A DNA stretch of 64,000 nt from Octopus sinensis (lineage: Eukaryota): positions 82,026,001 to 82,090,000 of the forward strand of contig NC_042998.1 of the NCBI RefSeq assembly GCF_006345805.1. Reading direction: 5' to 3'. Under the pieces are notes generated by a model, which was not told the DNA's origin, made no database searches, and saw only the letters and a list, made by a program, of their open reading frames with translations. The translations under genes were made by a program, and so were the position numbers. Shown piece by piece: positions 26,091-40,638 of the stretch. The number at the start of each line of letters is the position of its first letter. Position 1 is the first letter of the stretch.

Positions 26091-26134
26091 TATATATATA
26101 TATATATATATAAATACATATATATGTTCATGAA

Positions 26135-27346
26135 TATCAGGTCATTATGAACGAAATGTCCAAATTTGAACTGAAATCTTATCTCTATCTCAAAAAAAAA
26201 AAAAAAGCAATGCAGTTAATCAAAGTTTGCACCTAAATAATCGGTACAATTTTGCCATTTTATCGGTAGCATATTTATGCTAGCGGCGAAGAGTTCTGGA
26301 GAGCAGATGTGATGAAATCACGAAAGACTTTTTTTGCATATTCTTCAGATTTGAATTCTTTTCTACATATATCTGTGTAATGCCTGGAAAACATAATTGT
26401 CAGTTGGTGCAAGGTTTGGTGAATATGGCGAATGACAGAGTACTTCCAAATTCAGTTTCTGTAACTTGAGTAGCTTTCTTTGTGCAACATGTGATCGGTC
26501 ATTTTCTTGCAAGAGAATTGGCCTGTTTTTATTGTCCAGCCTCAGTTGTTTAATTGCATGTTCACTCATTATTTCATCCACTTGGTAGATGTATACATCC
26601 GTTGTAATTGACTTACCAAGTCTCATGAACCTGTAGTAGATGACACCGTTACTGGACCCTCAAATAGACACCATTAACTTTTTATGGTGAAAATTCTGGT
26701 TTAGATTGTGTTTTTGGCACTTTGTCTCAATCCAACCACTGTGCCGAACGCTTGCTTTTGTTGAAAAGAATCCAATTTTCATCATATGTAACGATTTTAT
26801 GCCATAGCAGCAACGAACAGCAAGTTTAGGAGGGCGTGTTATTTGATGCCCGTTCAGTTCATGTGGTACTCAATTGTCCAATTTCTTTAATTTGCCGATT
26901 TGCTTCAGATGGTCCAATACAATTGGAATAGAAATATCAAACTTTGCTGCTAACTCACGCGTAGTTTGAGATGTCTCCGTCTCCATTACAGTTTCCAGCT
27001 CATCATTATGCAACTTGGTCTCATGTCTACCAGAGTAAAGTCACCAGATTGGAACTTCTCAAACATCGACGTGCATTGCGCTCATTCGCCAGATTTTCAC
27101 CAAGCACCTCATTGATGTTTCGAGCTATCTGTGATGCGCTGTTTCGATGATCGAACTCATATTCATAAACAACACGAATTTTTCACTATCTACGGGCTCA
27201 CAGAAACTGATTTGCAAAAGAAAACTCACAATTTATTCAGACACCATGAATTACATTCATTTCAATGTTGTAAAACAAAGAAGTGTTAACTACTTTCAAA
27301 CTTGGAGCATAAGAGAATCGGACGTTTCATTCTTAATGACCGGATA
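26135..27346 (-). mobile_element. Mariner transposon relic
   Basis: TIRs TAtcaggtcattatgaacgaaatgtcc and ggacgtttcattcttaatgaccggaTA. ORF contains ILLQENDRSHVA..LEVLCHSPYSPNLAPTDNYVF. Confidence 0.9.
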
Positions 27347-27469
27347 CTCATGTGGTTATGTGGTTATGTGGTTAATCTTGAACAAGTACAAGAACACTCG
27401 ATCAGCTAAGAGAGTAAAGTAATTATAATGTATATTATAAAATACTTCTTTCCAGAATCATTTACAGAA

Positions 27470-28000
27470 ATCTTTGTTTTACTGGTTTCAGCTGAGGTCA
27501 TGCTATTGCACCACCTTTAGTAGTAACCTGAATTTGGTGAAGTAGCAAGTTGGACGGAGATGCTCTTCTTTTTGTCTCCTGGCGCGATGTGGGATCATCT
27601 GGTATCTCGGACAGGAAACTGTCCAGACGTTCCTTGAAAACCTCTACATCAACACCAAGTAGATCTCTAAGGTGGCCTGGCAGGATGTTGAACAATTGCG
27701 AGCCCTTGAGACACAGACTATTGCAGTACTGTCTTCTTCTTTTAGATGGAGAAGACGGGATATTCAGTACGATGACGTGACGTTCAATTTGAGGACTGAT
27801 ATATTTGTAAATTCCAAAATTGGGAGCTAAAACCTCTAAGATCTTCCAAAAATATATCACCGCATATCTCTCTCGTCATCTCTCCAGAGAACAGAGAGTC
27901 AGCTCCTTTAGCCTCTTCGAGTAGGCCATCTTTTGCATCGAGTCAATCTTTTGTGTATTGGCGATGGATTGCTTCGAGTTCCACAGTTTATTTCACAATC
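27470..28000 (-). mobile_element. CR1-clade LINE 3' fragment
   Basis: ORF WKILEVLAPNFGI..LKGSQLFNILPGHLRDL..VFKERLDSFLSEIPDDP. Confidence 0.8.
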
Positions 28001-28606
28001 TCTGGGGACCATAGCTAGGAGCAGTAGTTGGAGTACGAAAGTCCTCCATAGTTGTAGCAAGGCCTCCCTTTTCCTGGTTTCTCCAGAAAAAATAAAATTG
28101 TTGAAAATATCTTTGAAGTTTCTCCGGTCTTAATTCTAAGATATATAAAATGCGCTTCCACGAAAGATCGCCACGCGAAGTAAAATTTAAAAAAATGGCA
28201 ATTCTTTTGTTAATGTTCAGTATCATAACTCATTAGTCTTGATGGCCAGGGTGTTTACAAAATCATTTTAAGAAAATCACGTTTATTTATTAAGCTTATG
28301 CAATTGAAAATATGTTTATTAGTTTACCTGGGTGCCTACTAATGAAAATATTTTGAAAACGTACTTGTTCTAAAGCTTTTCTCTTCTACTTTGTCAATGA
28401 TCAGCTGAAAATTTAATATATTTCTAATCCCATTTCCTAGCGAAGATTATGTTGTTTACAAATTTACATGAGAAATATTCATATATATATATATATATAT
28501 ATGCACATTTATATATACACATTTATATATGTATATATGTATACATATATACACATATACATGTATATATTTATCTATATATATGCATGTATATGTAGGT
28601 ATGTAT

Positions 28607-28699
<93 letters not shown>

Positions 28700-28742
28700 C
28701 ACACATATATATATATATATATATACATATATATATGTATAT

Positions 28743-28783
<41 letters not shown>

Positions 28784-29814
28784 TCTGTAAGTGTATACAC
28801 GTGTTACATGTGCATATATGCAAACATATATATTTACATATATGCATATGTAACACACACATGTATACATACATATATATATATATATATACATAAACAC
28901 ACACTTGCACAACATACGCATACACACACACAAACATATGATTTGATAAACGCATTTTTGCGTTTGTACACCGAATAATTTTGAAAGGAAATTGCAATCT
29001 CGTTGCAGCAGTACAGAAATCGCTTCGTAATTGTTTTAGTTTCAGAACCTAATATATGATTAGTTTTTTTTTTACACACAACTACAGTTAAGTTAAATTT
29101 TACTAAACAGAATTATAAATATTTTGGAAGCTAGTGCTATATATTATTTACATAATCAACGAGGTCAGCATTATCCCACGCCCTTCCCCAGCCTCCCTGA
29201 AATTAGTGGTAAACAGAAATTTATCTTCAACCGGAGGTCAGGGCCGGATGCTTTGAAAATTGAACCTTGCTAAAGGTACGCAAGGTGATGCGATGGAGTT
29301 AAACCATGGCGTATTAATCTACAATATATACTCGTGTTTCCTCCTACATCGACCCTAGCCCTATAAACATGCTGCCCTCTAATGACCCATTTAAAACTGG
29401 ATCTTTACTACCTTTTCAACAGTATTATTTGCTTGTCGGAACTGATCAGTCTCCAGCTTCCTAAAGTGAAGCCCAGGCTGGAAAATTCGTCTCCACTCAA
29501 TGGGTCGCCTGTATTCTATTTACCCAACACCCGCAGGAACTACTATGACCGATTTTTCCATTACAAAAAATCGACCAACTAGAATTCTTTACCTAGATGG
29601 CAACTTGCAATTTTTCATAGACAATAACAGTTGCCTCAATCTTACATTCTTCCGGTGTTCTACGAAGACCCTTCCCCTCCAGTGGAAAAAAAAAACTGTT
29701 ATTACTTGTTGCCATATATCTGTGGATGAACGATAAATTTACTTAAGACAATTCTGAAAATAAGGAAGACCTTTGTAAAATATATTTATCAATATTAACC
29801 CAGTACAAAGGATA

Positions 29815-30190
29815 ATCGTTAGCACGCCGTAAAGAATGCTTAGCAGCCTTTCGTCCGTCTTCACGTTCTGAGTTCAAATGTCACTAAGATCGATATTATC
29901 TTACAACCATTTTGGGTCGATAAAATAAGTACTAGTTGTACACTTGGATCCATGTAGTTATCTAGCTCCTCCCCTAAAGTTCAGGCCTTCTGCATATAAT
30001 AGGCGAGCTAGCAGAAAAGTTAACGCGTCGAACAAAATGCTGAGCGGCGTTTGTTCCGGCTTAACGTTCTGAGTATAAATGCCACCAAGATCGACTTAGC
30101 CTTCTATATTTTCACATCGATAAAATAAGTAGCAATTAGAGACTGAATTCGATGTAAATTACTGGCCTTGTCCCCAAATTCGAAACCGTT
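29815..30190 (+). mobile_element. Two adjacent degenerate SINEs (family C, Nin-domain-like core)
   Basis: Each has gttagcacg..aatgcttagc..ttctgagttcaaat..gtcgataaaataagta. Confidence 0.7.
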
Positions 30191-30804
30191 AACAAACCAG
30201 TATATAGAATATGAATTAACATTAGATGATGATGAGAGATTTTCATTTTGATAACATTACAAGATAATGTTTGTGCCATACAACCAGGGATGGTGCCAGG
30301 TTTCACGCAATAACCATCTAAATGAAGAGTACCGAAGCAAATACTTTACAATTTGTTAGGTTTGATTAACTCTTTGATATTAAATTTTACCTGATAACCA
30401 TAATTATATTTCACCCCTCAGGATATCTTTACTCTTCAACTTTCTAAGACAATAATATGAGTGTTAGTAAGGCACCGGAATCTAATTACTACTTTCAGAC
30501 GATATAAGACTGGCTTTCAAAGTTAGCACGCACAATTAACTGTCTTCCCTTACTTGAGAATTGAGCAGGTTTTCTTTGCTAATAACAGGCAACACGTTCA
30601 CAATTTATCACTTATGAATTTAATATTTCAGACAAAGTAAGGTGACAAGCCGGCAGAATAGTTAGCACTCTGGACAACATGCTTAACGGCATTTTGTCCA
30701 TCTTCATGGGCTGAGTTCACATTTCACCGAGTTCGACTTTGACTTTTATTCTTTCGGGGTCAATAAAACAAATACCAGTTGAACATTGCAGAATTCAGTC
30801 GGTT

Positions 30805-31145
30805 ACAACGACGAGAGTTCCAGTTGATCCGACCAACGGAACAGCCTGTTCGTTAAATTAATGTGCAAGTGGGTAGCACCCCACAGACACGTGTACCCTT
30901 GACGTAGTTCTCGGGGAGGTTGAGCGTGACACAGAGTATGACAATGTACAACAGAAACAGGAAGAACGAGTAAGAAAGTTGTGGTGAATGTGTACAGCAG
31001 GGTTCGCCACCACCCCTGCCGGAGTCTCGTGGAGCTTTAGATATTTTCGCTCAATAAACACTCACAACGCCCGATTTGGGAATCGAAACTTCGATCCTAC
31101 GACAGCGAGTCCGCTGCCCTAACCACTGGGCCATTGCGCCTCCAC
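30805..31145 (-). mobile_element. tRNA-derived SINE (family D related)
   Basis: Reverse complement tggaggcgcaatggcccagtggttagggcagcggactcg..gtttcgattccc. Confidence 0.8.
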
Positions 31146-31632
31146 AGTTGAACATTAGTGAAGATGTAATCAACTTACCCCGCCTCTAAAATTGCTGGCC
31201 TTGTCTCAAAATTTGGAACCAATGTACAACACAATGACAACGCTTGCATAATGTATTCCTTAAAAATTAATATGCCTTTTTATTGACATCCCAATATATT
31301 TTAGCTGTTTTATTATATTTTTCATGACCTTTGATACTGATGAGAAGACTCTAATTAACAGAAGATGAAACCCGTCTATTAGATTCATACCTGATTTCAC
31401 ACAATTTCCGTCTAACAAATATCAATAAAAACATACATTTGTTGATCTGGATTATAGCAGAACCTACACGCCCAAGAAGTCATGCAGTGGGATCGTACAA
31501 TCGTACTTTGAGATCTTGAAGCAAAATACATGATCATAAAAATATGTCAAATATAAAATCCAATCCGAAGCAATGAGTAACCTCATCCTGCAAATAATTA
31601 CCCTGCTTAATCTTAGATATTTCACACTATAA

Positions 31633-31820
31633 AGGCGGCGGGGTAGCAGAATAGTTAGCACGCTGAGCAAAAATGCTTAACGGCATTTCGTCCGTCTTTA
31701 ACTTCTGAGTTCAAATCCCAACGGGGTCGACTGTGCATTTCATCCTTTTGGGGTCGATAAAAGAAGTTCCAGTTAAACACTGGGGTCGAATTTGCTGGCC
31801 TGATGCCAAAATGTGAAACC
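31633..31820 (+). mobile_element. SINE family C
   Basis: ggcggcgggtagcagaatagttagcacg..ctgagttcaaatccc..tttcatccttttggggtcgata. Confidence 0.8.
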
Positions 31821-32771
31821 AGTATTTCACACTCTAATTCCCTCTTCTTTCTTCTCTTCCTGTATTTTAATTAATAATATTGTCATACATGACATTAGGG
31901 GTTGACTTTCGTCATTCGACGAGGGAGATCCTGTTGTCCGGTCAACCAGACAACCTTGTCCAATGAATAGACGTGTAAGTAATTTAGCATTCCACAGATA
32001 CGTGTACACTTAACCTAATTTTCAGGAGAGTCAACCTGACTAATTGTGACATGGCTGAATCTTTAATGAGTTAAAGACAATCCATCCGATAGGTTTCTAT
32101 GTGGGTCCCACCGACTGCATTTCATTCAAAAGTTAGGGATTTGAGACTATAAATACAAGAAAGACATTTAATAAAGGCTCCATTCAGTGCCATCGAACTC
32201 ATGATATCTTGATTGCAAAATAAATCCTTTACTATTCAAACACAATGCATTATACTCCATTATAAAATAAGAAAATAGCTGTAGCGACTTCGTAGAAAAT
32301 CATCTTGAGAGACAAAATAATTCTAAGTAACGATACATTTTAAGGAAGTGCTGGTTATACATAAAATTATAAATGCATTAAACAAGAAATAGTAGCTTAG
32401 AAATGATAAAACTATACATTTTTTCTTGCACTTTAAAAATATTAACATTTCAGATATCAATATGCTTTACAAAGAAATCATAAAACCATTTCCCCATGGT
32501 TGATATATTCACAAATACATATCAGACCTTAGGTTCACAGACTATGTATTATTGCAGATATTGAAAATATAATATGCTTTTATTTCAGCAATATATGAAT
32601 TTGAGATGTGAAAAAAATAAAAGCGAAATGCTCATAAATATGTACAAAGTAACTTTTATTGCTCAACCATAAAGTTAGGTTCTATAACAATTCCGACTGC
32701 TTTGTTTTATTTTTCATATAGAACGTCCTCGCAATAACTGTATACGTCTCGAGTCATATTTTGTGCGCCGT

Positions 32772-33335
32772 TAAGGCGGTGAGCTGGCAGAAACGTTAGC
32801 ACGCCGGGCGTAATGCTTAGCAGTATTTAGTCTGCCGTTACGTTCTGAGTTCAAATTCTGCCGAAGTCACTTTGTATTTCATCCTTTCGGGGTCGATAAA
32901 TTAAGTACCACTTACGCACTGGGGTCGATGTTTGTCTGTCATTGTTTGTCCTCCTCTCTGTGTTTAGCCCCTTGTGAGTAGTAAAGAAATATGTATTTCG
33001 TCTGCCGCTAGGTTCTGAGTTCAAATTCCGCCGAGGTCGACTTTGCCTTTCATCCTTTTGGGGGTCGATTAAATAAGTACCAGTTACGCACTGGAGTCAA
33101 TATAATCGACTTAATCCGTTTGTCTGTCCTTGTTTGTCCTCTTTGTGTTTAGCCCCTTGTGGGTAGTAAAGTAATAGGTATTTCGTCTGTCTTAACGTTC
33201 TGAGTTCAAATTCCACCGAGGTCGACTTTGCCTTTCATCCTTTTGGGGTCGATAAATTAAGTACGAGTTGCGTGCTGGGATCGATCTAATCGACTGACCC
33301 TCTACCCAAAATTTCGGGCCTTGTGTTTAGAGTAG
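32772..33335 (+). mobile_element. SINE family C with three tandem core repeats
   Basis: One head followed by three copies of gtatttcgtctg..ttctgagttcaaattc..tttcatcctttcggggtcgat. Confidence 0.85.
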
Positions 33336-33379
33336 AAAAGAATATTTTGTGCCTCGTTAATTGATATATATATACATAT

Positions 33380-33550
33380 GAATATATACATACATACAAA
33401 CATACATGCATGCAAACATACATACATGCATGCATACTTACCTACCTACCTACCTACCTACCTACCTACCTACATACATACATACTTACCTACCTACCTA
33501 CCTATCTACCTACTTACTTACTTACCTACATACATATATACACACATACA
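33380..33550. repeat. (TACA)n/(TACC)n compound microsatellite
   Basis: Direct inspection. Confidence 0.9.
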
Positions 33551-35217
33551 CACATAATTTCGAAAACATTACACAGTAATTGCATAATGTGTTTTCGTTA
33601 TTTGAATATTTAGTGCGAAGTGTCAGTTTCTTTTGTGTTATAGTTTTTGATCAAACTGTCACAAATGGTGTGTACATGTACGTCACTCTAGAAATAGTTA
33701 ACAGTAAATTTACTCTCTTACAAAGTAGCCATTATTTTAATGTTATACATCCGATATTCTTAATATTTCAGCAATAAAGTTAAATAGATACTGGTAAATT
33801 ATTTTGTATTAATGAAAAGTGAAAAAAATCTCACTTATTCTTTCATTTTATGAGATAAATGCACGGAGATTTACAAAGAAAATATTTTCTCATATTGTGT
33901 AAGATATTTCATAAAATTATTCGATGGAAGTAAAAACACAAATGAAAAATGTTTGATAATAAGTGAAATAAAGAAGGAATTTGCGTGTAGAAAATACCTT
34001 GAGCTATATTTTCGGAGACTTTTAAATAATATTTAGTGAAAGTGCTTGTTTAGATGAACAAAAACGCGAAATAATTTCCCCATTAAGTGAAGTGGCAATA
34101 TGTCTGAACATTATTTCTAACGAGGCATTTACAGTTTTATTTATTCATATACATACATTCACCCCCGTATCTATATAACCATATATATCGAGGATTATAA
34201 TGGTAAAAGCAATTCTATCCTTTGTGTTTTCTTTCTCTCTTCTCTCTCTCGCTCTCTCTCGTCTCTGTCATCTCTAATTCTCACCTCTCTCTCACTCTCG
34301 CCACTCTCTCACATCTCTCTCTATCACTGTTGCCTCACTCCCAGCGCTCTCTCTGGCTACACTCTCTCTCTCCTGTGCCTTTCTCTCACCCTCCTCTCTC
34401 TTTCTCGTCTTTCTCTATAATCTATTTATCTCTGTCTATATTTCAATACTTTGTTTTTCTAATTAAAAAGTAAGAAAAAAATTGTGCGACTATATACATT
34501 ATTTACATTTTTAATTTGAAAATAGATATGTATTTTGATTCTCTCTTCATAAATTCGTGATTACACAGCAGAAGTCGATTTCAGAATGAAATATTTATGT
34601 ATTATGTATATATGTACACACACACACACACACACGCACGCGCACACACACACACAGACACACACACACACCACACACACCACACACACACGCACACCAC
34701 ACACCACACACACACACGCACGCACACGCACACACTCATACAGAGGCTGATTGAATCTTCCATGCGTTAACATGTACGTCCTTGCCGCAATGTAAACTTT
34801 CATTTAATCAAGATATCCTTGGCCTGAAGAGTAGCCTATGGTATACACCTCACTTGGATATTTGCCACTTCTGAGGTTCCGCTCGCTAGGAAACATATGT
34901 AGCTCGGATCTCATCTATGGCTTTGCGTAACTCGTGTATGCTTAAATACATATATACATGTGAGTGTGTGTGTAATTGTGTGTATATATATGTGTGTGTC
35001 TGTGTTTTTATGTATGTATATATATATATATATAAAAAAGGAGATGTCGAACACGAGTGGTGATATATAAAAAAGGAAATGAAGAAAATGCTGACAAATA
35101 ATTGAAGTAATTTAAGTAATTTAATTAGGTGAAAGTTCTTTTTACCGGTTGCGCATTTGTTATGCTTATCAAAATATAAAAGAGAGATTAGAGTTCCTTT
35201 CTTATAGAATTTTTTCT

Positions 35218-35260
<43 letters not shown>

Positions 35261-35575
35261 ATTAATAACAAAGAGTAATCTGAAATATTAGAAATTTCCA
35301 TTACCAGTGGCCTACCGTGTAAAGGTTTAGTCAATAGACTATATATTATTCATATAAATACAGTGTACATTTAAACACAGAAGAGGTATCCATCATAGGA
35401 CTACCTGCACACTAGAGAGGAGAGTTAAATTGCAAACCACTATTTGGGATAAAATTTCGAAGGAAATGAAAAATATAAACATTTACCATCTAACTCCTTG
35501 ACCAATGGTTTCCGACTGTTTTTAGCAAATAAGATAATTTGCTAGGCGAACCCTTCTTCAGCTCGTATACCTTAG

Positions 35576-35615
<40 letters not shown>

Positions 35616-35702
35616 TATTCGAGACAAAACCACTATTTTGCAAAACAAACAAGGAAAGACTTAATTAATACATAAAATTTTAATAAATAGTCAAAAAAAC
35701 CG

Positions 35703-35744
35703 CCACTACAATCGTTTCTGTCTTGATCGACAATCTTCAGGTGG
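35703..35744 (-). ncRNA. Minimal type I hammerhead ribozyme
   Basis: Minus strand: CCAC-CTGAAGA-T TGTC gatcaa GACA-GAAAC gatt GTA-GTGG. Confidence 0.7.
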
Positions 35745-35759
35745 ACTTCCAATCTAAAA

Positions 35760-38700
35760 AATCAATATTTTAAAATATAAAAATAATAATTTTAAAATAA
35801 TTAAAGTATGAATGAAAAAATATAAGTATATAATCCATATAAAACCTATCTATAATCCTATATAAACAATATATAAACAATATATAAACTAAAAAAAAAA
35901 ATCATCAACAATTAAATATAAAATATAAAATATAAAATATAAAATATAAAAAATATAAAATATAAAACAAAACAAAAAAAAAATAATAATAATATAATAA
36001 TAAACTATATATACACCCATACGCATATACCTAATTATATATAAACCATATCTAACTACATACACTAAATCACACACCTATATATATATCTCTATACATA
36101 CACATAAAAATGTCTAGGCAACTATAAATAAATAAAATAGCTAAATACTTCAACACAATACTTATTCATACTCCCACACACACACACATATACAACCCAC
36201 ATTCACGCTCTAGAAAACGGACATCACTCAAAACTATGAACGGAGAAATGGAATAAATGGAATTAAAATTATATTCACTTGGTAAAACGAACACTACTTA
36301 AAAATTATGAATGAAACAATGCAATAAAACAACAGACATCGCAAATAGACACAAATTACTACAAATTCCTTATCAAACCTACCATGATAACCAAAACTCA
36401 TAAAAACATATAATGATAAAATCTCCCTTTACTAAACTCTATAACAACCTATATAGAATCCCCCTAACCTAAACATTCACACACAAATACACACACGTAA
36501 ACCCACACACCACGACATATACAAATACCCACACCACTTACACATACCAATACATACATATAAACCTCAACATATACTCCAAAAACCCACTCAACCCCAC
36601 ACAGACAAATAAACACAAAAATTATGAATAGATTCTTTTATAAAACTACCATGATAAGCTAAAAATCACAAAACAAGAAATGATATAAAACCTCCCTTTA
36701 CTAAACACTAAAACATACTTATATAGCAATTCCTTTAACCTATACATCACACACAAAACCACTCGTAAACCACACACCCATAACAAATACAAACTCCCAC
36801 CCCACTCACACACACCCAGAAGTACATATAAGCCTAAACATATACACCCAAACAAAATACTTTACCAAGGAACTTACATATATATAAAAAGTATAACCGC
36901 TCTGGAAACGAACATCTCTAATTAATGAATGGAGAAATGGAATAAATGGAATTAAAAATAAAATTCACGTGGCAAAACGAACACACTCAAAAATTATGAA
37001 TGAAACAATGTAATAAAACAACCAACATCGAAAATAGACAAATTACCACGAATTCCCTAAAAAAACATGATAAACCAAAACTCCTAAAAACATATAACGA
37101 TAAATCTCCCTTTGCTAAACTCTATAACAAACCTATATAGCAATCTCCCTAACCTAAACATTCACACAATATACACACTCGTAAATCACAGACCCACGAC
37201 TTATACACATACCTATACTAACTTATAAACCTCATATACACCAAAACCCACTCCCTCCCACACAGACAAATTAACACATACATCCCAAAACTAAATAACA
37301 AACCCATATACACATTCACACACAAACACACACACACGCAAAACACACACACACATCAGATTACATATACACCCTCACATATACGCATATACAACTCACT
37401 AAACTCGATATATAAACAATTTTACACACTCACACTCATACAGATAAATAAATTAAACAACTAAAAACTCGCACACAATCTCATATACATAAACACACCT
37501 ATGAAAACAACATTAAATACATCGTAATTAACCAGAATATCAAAAATAACAATATGACATAAGGATAAATAAAATCATACTTACAATTCAGTGTCAAATT
37601 ATGAAGTGAATTAAATTCTTAACCGTTAAAAAAATCAAAACAAAATACGTTACCATAGAAATAACTTATGTAAAAAAAAGAATACGCGCCATGGAAAGTA
37701 AACGTCATTTAAATTATGAAGGAGAAATAGGAAAATGGAACTAAAAACTATATCCACGTGGCAAACCAACACTACTTAAAAAAATTTATTATGAATGGAT
37801 TCTTAAAAAACTACCATGAAAAATCATTATATACATCTATGAACTTTAGCTCACCTTAGCATCTCTAACAAACAACTTGCAGTAACCCAAACCCATTCTC
37901 TATGCCTACCTCACTACTACACTATTCCATTCACAATTCCAAGCAACGCTAGTCCACCACCCGGTATTCACGTGGCAAAACGAACACCACTCAAAAAATA
38001 TGAATGAAACAATGTAATAAAACAACCAACATCGAAAATAGACAAATTACCACGAATTCCCTAAAATAACCATGATAAACCAAAACTCATAAAAGCAATT
38101 AACGATTAAAATCTACCTTTACTAAACTCTTATAACAAACCTATATAGTAAACCCCCTAAACCTAAACATTCACACACAAATACACACTCGTAAACCACA
38201 GACCCAAAAACTTATACACATACCTATCCTAATTTATAAAACCTCAATATACCACCAAAACCCACTCCCTCCCACACAGACAAATTAACACAAAATCCCA
38301 AAACCTAAATAACAAACCCATATACACATTCACACACAAACACACCACCACACAAAAAAAACACACACACACAACAGATACATATACTCCCTCATATACT
38401 CATAATATACTCACTAAACTCGATATATACAACAATATTTACAACACCCACACTCATACAGATAAATAAAATATACAACTAAAAACTCACACACAATCTC
38501 ATATACATAAACACTCCTATGAAAACAACATAAATACATCGTAATTAACCAGAATATCAAAATAACAATATGACATAAGGATAAATAAAATACATACTAC
38601 AAGTCAATTTCAAATAATGAAGTGAAATTAAATTCTTAGCCGTTAAAAAAACCAAACCAAAATTACGTTACCATAGAAATAACTTATGTAAAAAAAGAGA

Positions 38701-38960
38701 GAGATACGCGCCATAGAAATTAAACGTCATTTAAATTATGAATGGAGAAATAGAATAAATGGAACTAAAACTATATCCACGTAGCAAACCAACACTACGT
38801 AAAAAATTTATAATGAATGGATTCTTTAAGAAACTACCATGAAAAACCATTATATACATTTATGAGCTTTAGCTCACCCTAGCAGCTCTAACAAACAACC
38901 TACAGCAACCCAAACCTATTCCCGATGCCTACCTCACTACCACACTAATCAATTCCCAAT
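35760..38960. repeat. Strongly G-poor (A/C-rich) complex tandem array with a ~1-kb unit
   Basis: attcacgtggcaaaacgaac occurs at 36963 and 37966. The sub-motif gaatggagaaat(g/a)gaataaatggaa recurs at ~36240, 36925, 37715 and 38740. Confidence 0.8.
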
Positions 38961-39224
38961 TATATATATATATATACACGAAGTAATCCAGTATATGCCC
39001 CGTGATTATACGTTCTATTTTTTTCAAATCTACCGCGCAGTGATCAAGGAGTTAGATAGTAAATGTTTTTATCTTTCATTCTCTTCGAAATGTTATCCCT
39101 AATAGTGGTTTGGAATTCAACTGTCCTCTCTAGCGTGTAGGTAGTCCTATTATGGATACCTCTTGAGTACAGTCTTTTCGGAGTATCCTTACTCATTTTC
39201 ATGATTCTAATATTTTTATTTGAT

Positions 39225-40374
39225 CTATTTATTATTATTTTTGCGGGGTTGCAGTTTTTTTGAACAAACAAATGTCGAGGTTACAATGAAAATGGAGAAA
39301 ACTGAATATCGTGCAGTCATAATGTACCTTCAGTTGAAAGGCATGACTTCATCAAAAATCCCTGAAGATATGGTGAGAATCTTAACAGACGACAATGCGC
39401 CTTCATATGCAACAGTCAAACGCTGGATGAATGAATTCAAGTGTGTCAGGGACAGTGTGAAAGATGATCCCAGACCAGGGAGACCTCAACTGCAACCACC
39501 AAGGAAACCTTGACCTTGCTCTTGGTATGTTAATGCAAGATCGCTGAATGCCATGTCGTCAGATAGCCAAGAAACTGGGCATCTTAATTGAAAGAGCAGA
39601 CATCATTGTGACAAAAGATCTCGAGTTCTCAAAAGTGTCCCCAAGGTTTGTCCCTCGCCTTTTAACTCCTGAACAGAAACGTACCAGGTGCACTTTCTCC
39701 ACCAGCAATCAGGAACTGTTTGAAGCCAATGCAGAGAATTTTCTTGCTCGTTTCATTGCTATACATGAAAGTTGGGCTCATCACTATCAGCTTGAAACCA
39801 AAGAAGAATCAAAACTGTAGAATTACACATCTTCTCCTACACCAAAGAAGGCAAGGTCATGGCGTCCGCTTTATTCTCAAGGTTTCTTGCTGGTCTGTTA
39901 CCTTCAAAAGGTCACACCGTGATAGGGCAGTATTATTCTCAGCAACTGGAATATGAGAAGCAATCAAAGAAAAAAGGTTGGGAATGATCAACAGAGGAGT
40001 CCTTTTTCATCGCAACAATGTTCCAGCCGGCACCTCAGTGGTTGACGACAACAATTCGTGATTGTGGACACGAACTTCTTCCCCATCCGCCTTATTCGCC
40101 AGACTTAGCCCCCCTCTAACTTTCATCTATTCCCCAAAATGAAAAAAACCTGGCTTGTCGCCATTTTGCCAGTGAAAATGACGTCATAAACACTGTAAGA
40201 AGTTTGTTGGAGTCTCAAACATAAGAGTTCTTCTACATTGGGATAATGGCAATTCTGCACCGCTGGAGAAAGTGTTCAGCCATCGATGGGGGGTATGTTG
40301 AAAACTAAATCATTAGAAGTCTTGTACCATGTTTTGTTTTTTTGAGGCAGAAGAATTTTCATACATCCCTTGTA
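39225..40374 (+). mobile_element. Mariner transposon relic
   Basis: MEKTEYRAVIMYLQLKG..APSYATVKRWMNEFK..DDPRPGRP, KVSPRFVPRLLT, IAIHESWAHHY and HPPYSPDLAP. 3' terminus ..catacatcccttgTA. Confidence 0.9.
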
Positions 40375-40377
40375 TAT

Positions 40378-40545
40378 AGGCGCAGGAGTGGCTGTGTGGT
40401 AAGTAGCTTGCTTACCAACCACATCGTTCCGGGTTCAGTCCCACTGCGTGGTACCTTGGGCAAGTGTCTTCTACTATAGCCTCGGGCAGATCAAAGCCTT
40501 GTGAGTGGATTTGGTAGACGGAAACTGAAAGAGGCCCGTCGTATA
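40378..40545 (+). mobile_element. tRNA-derived SINE (family A)
   Basis: aggcgcaggagtggctgtgtggtaagtagc..gttccgggttcagtccc..ccgtcgtatatat. Confidence 0.9.
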
Positions 40546-40602
40546 TATGTGTATATATATATGTATAACATATATATATATATATAATATATATATATTC
40601 AC

Positions 40603-40638
<36 letters not shown>

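Noticed and set aside
31331-31382. HHR-like TTGATA-CTGATGA..GAAAC cc GTC-TATTAG
   Set aside because: The core and stem I fit, but stem II cannot pair at its base. It is at best a decayed relic and was not counted.
35495-35565. Minus-strand CTGAAGA..GAAACCATTGGTC in a TA-flanked insert
   Set aside because: No stem I complementarity and a poorly closed stem II.
35760-38960. Possible mitochondrial insertion or telomeric array, given the strand skew
   Set aside because: No mitochondrial ORF, tRNA or rRNA was recognisable. There are only isolated ccctaa motifs, not a tandem TTAGGG tract.
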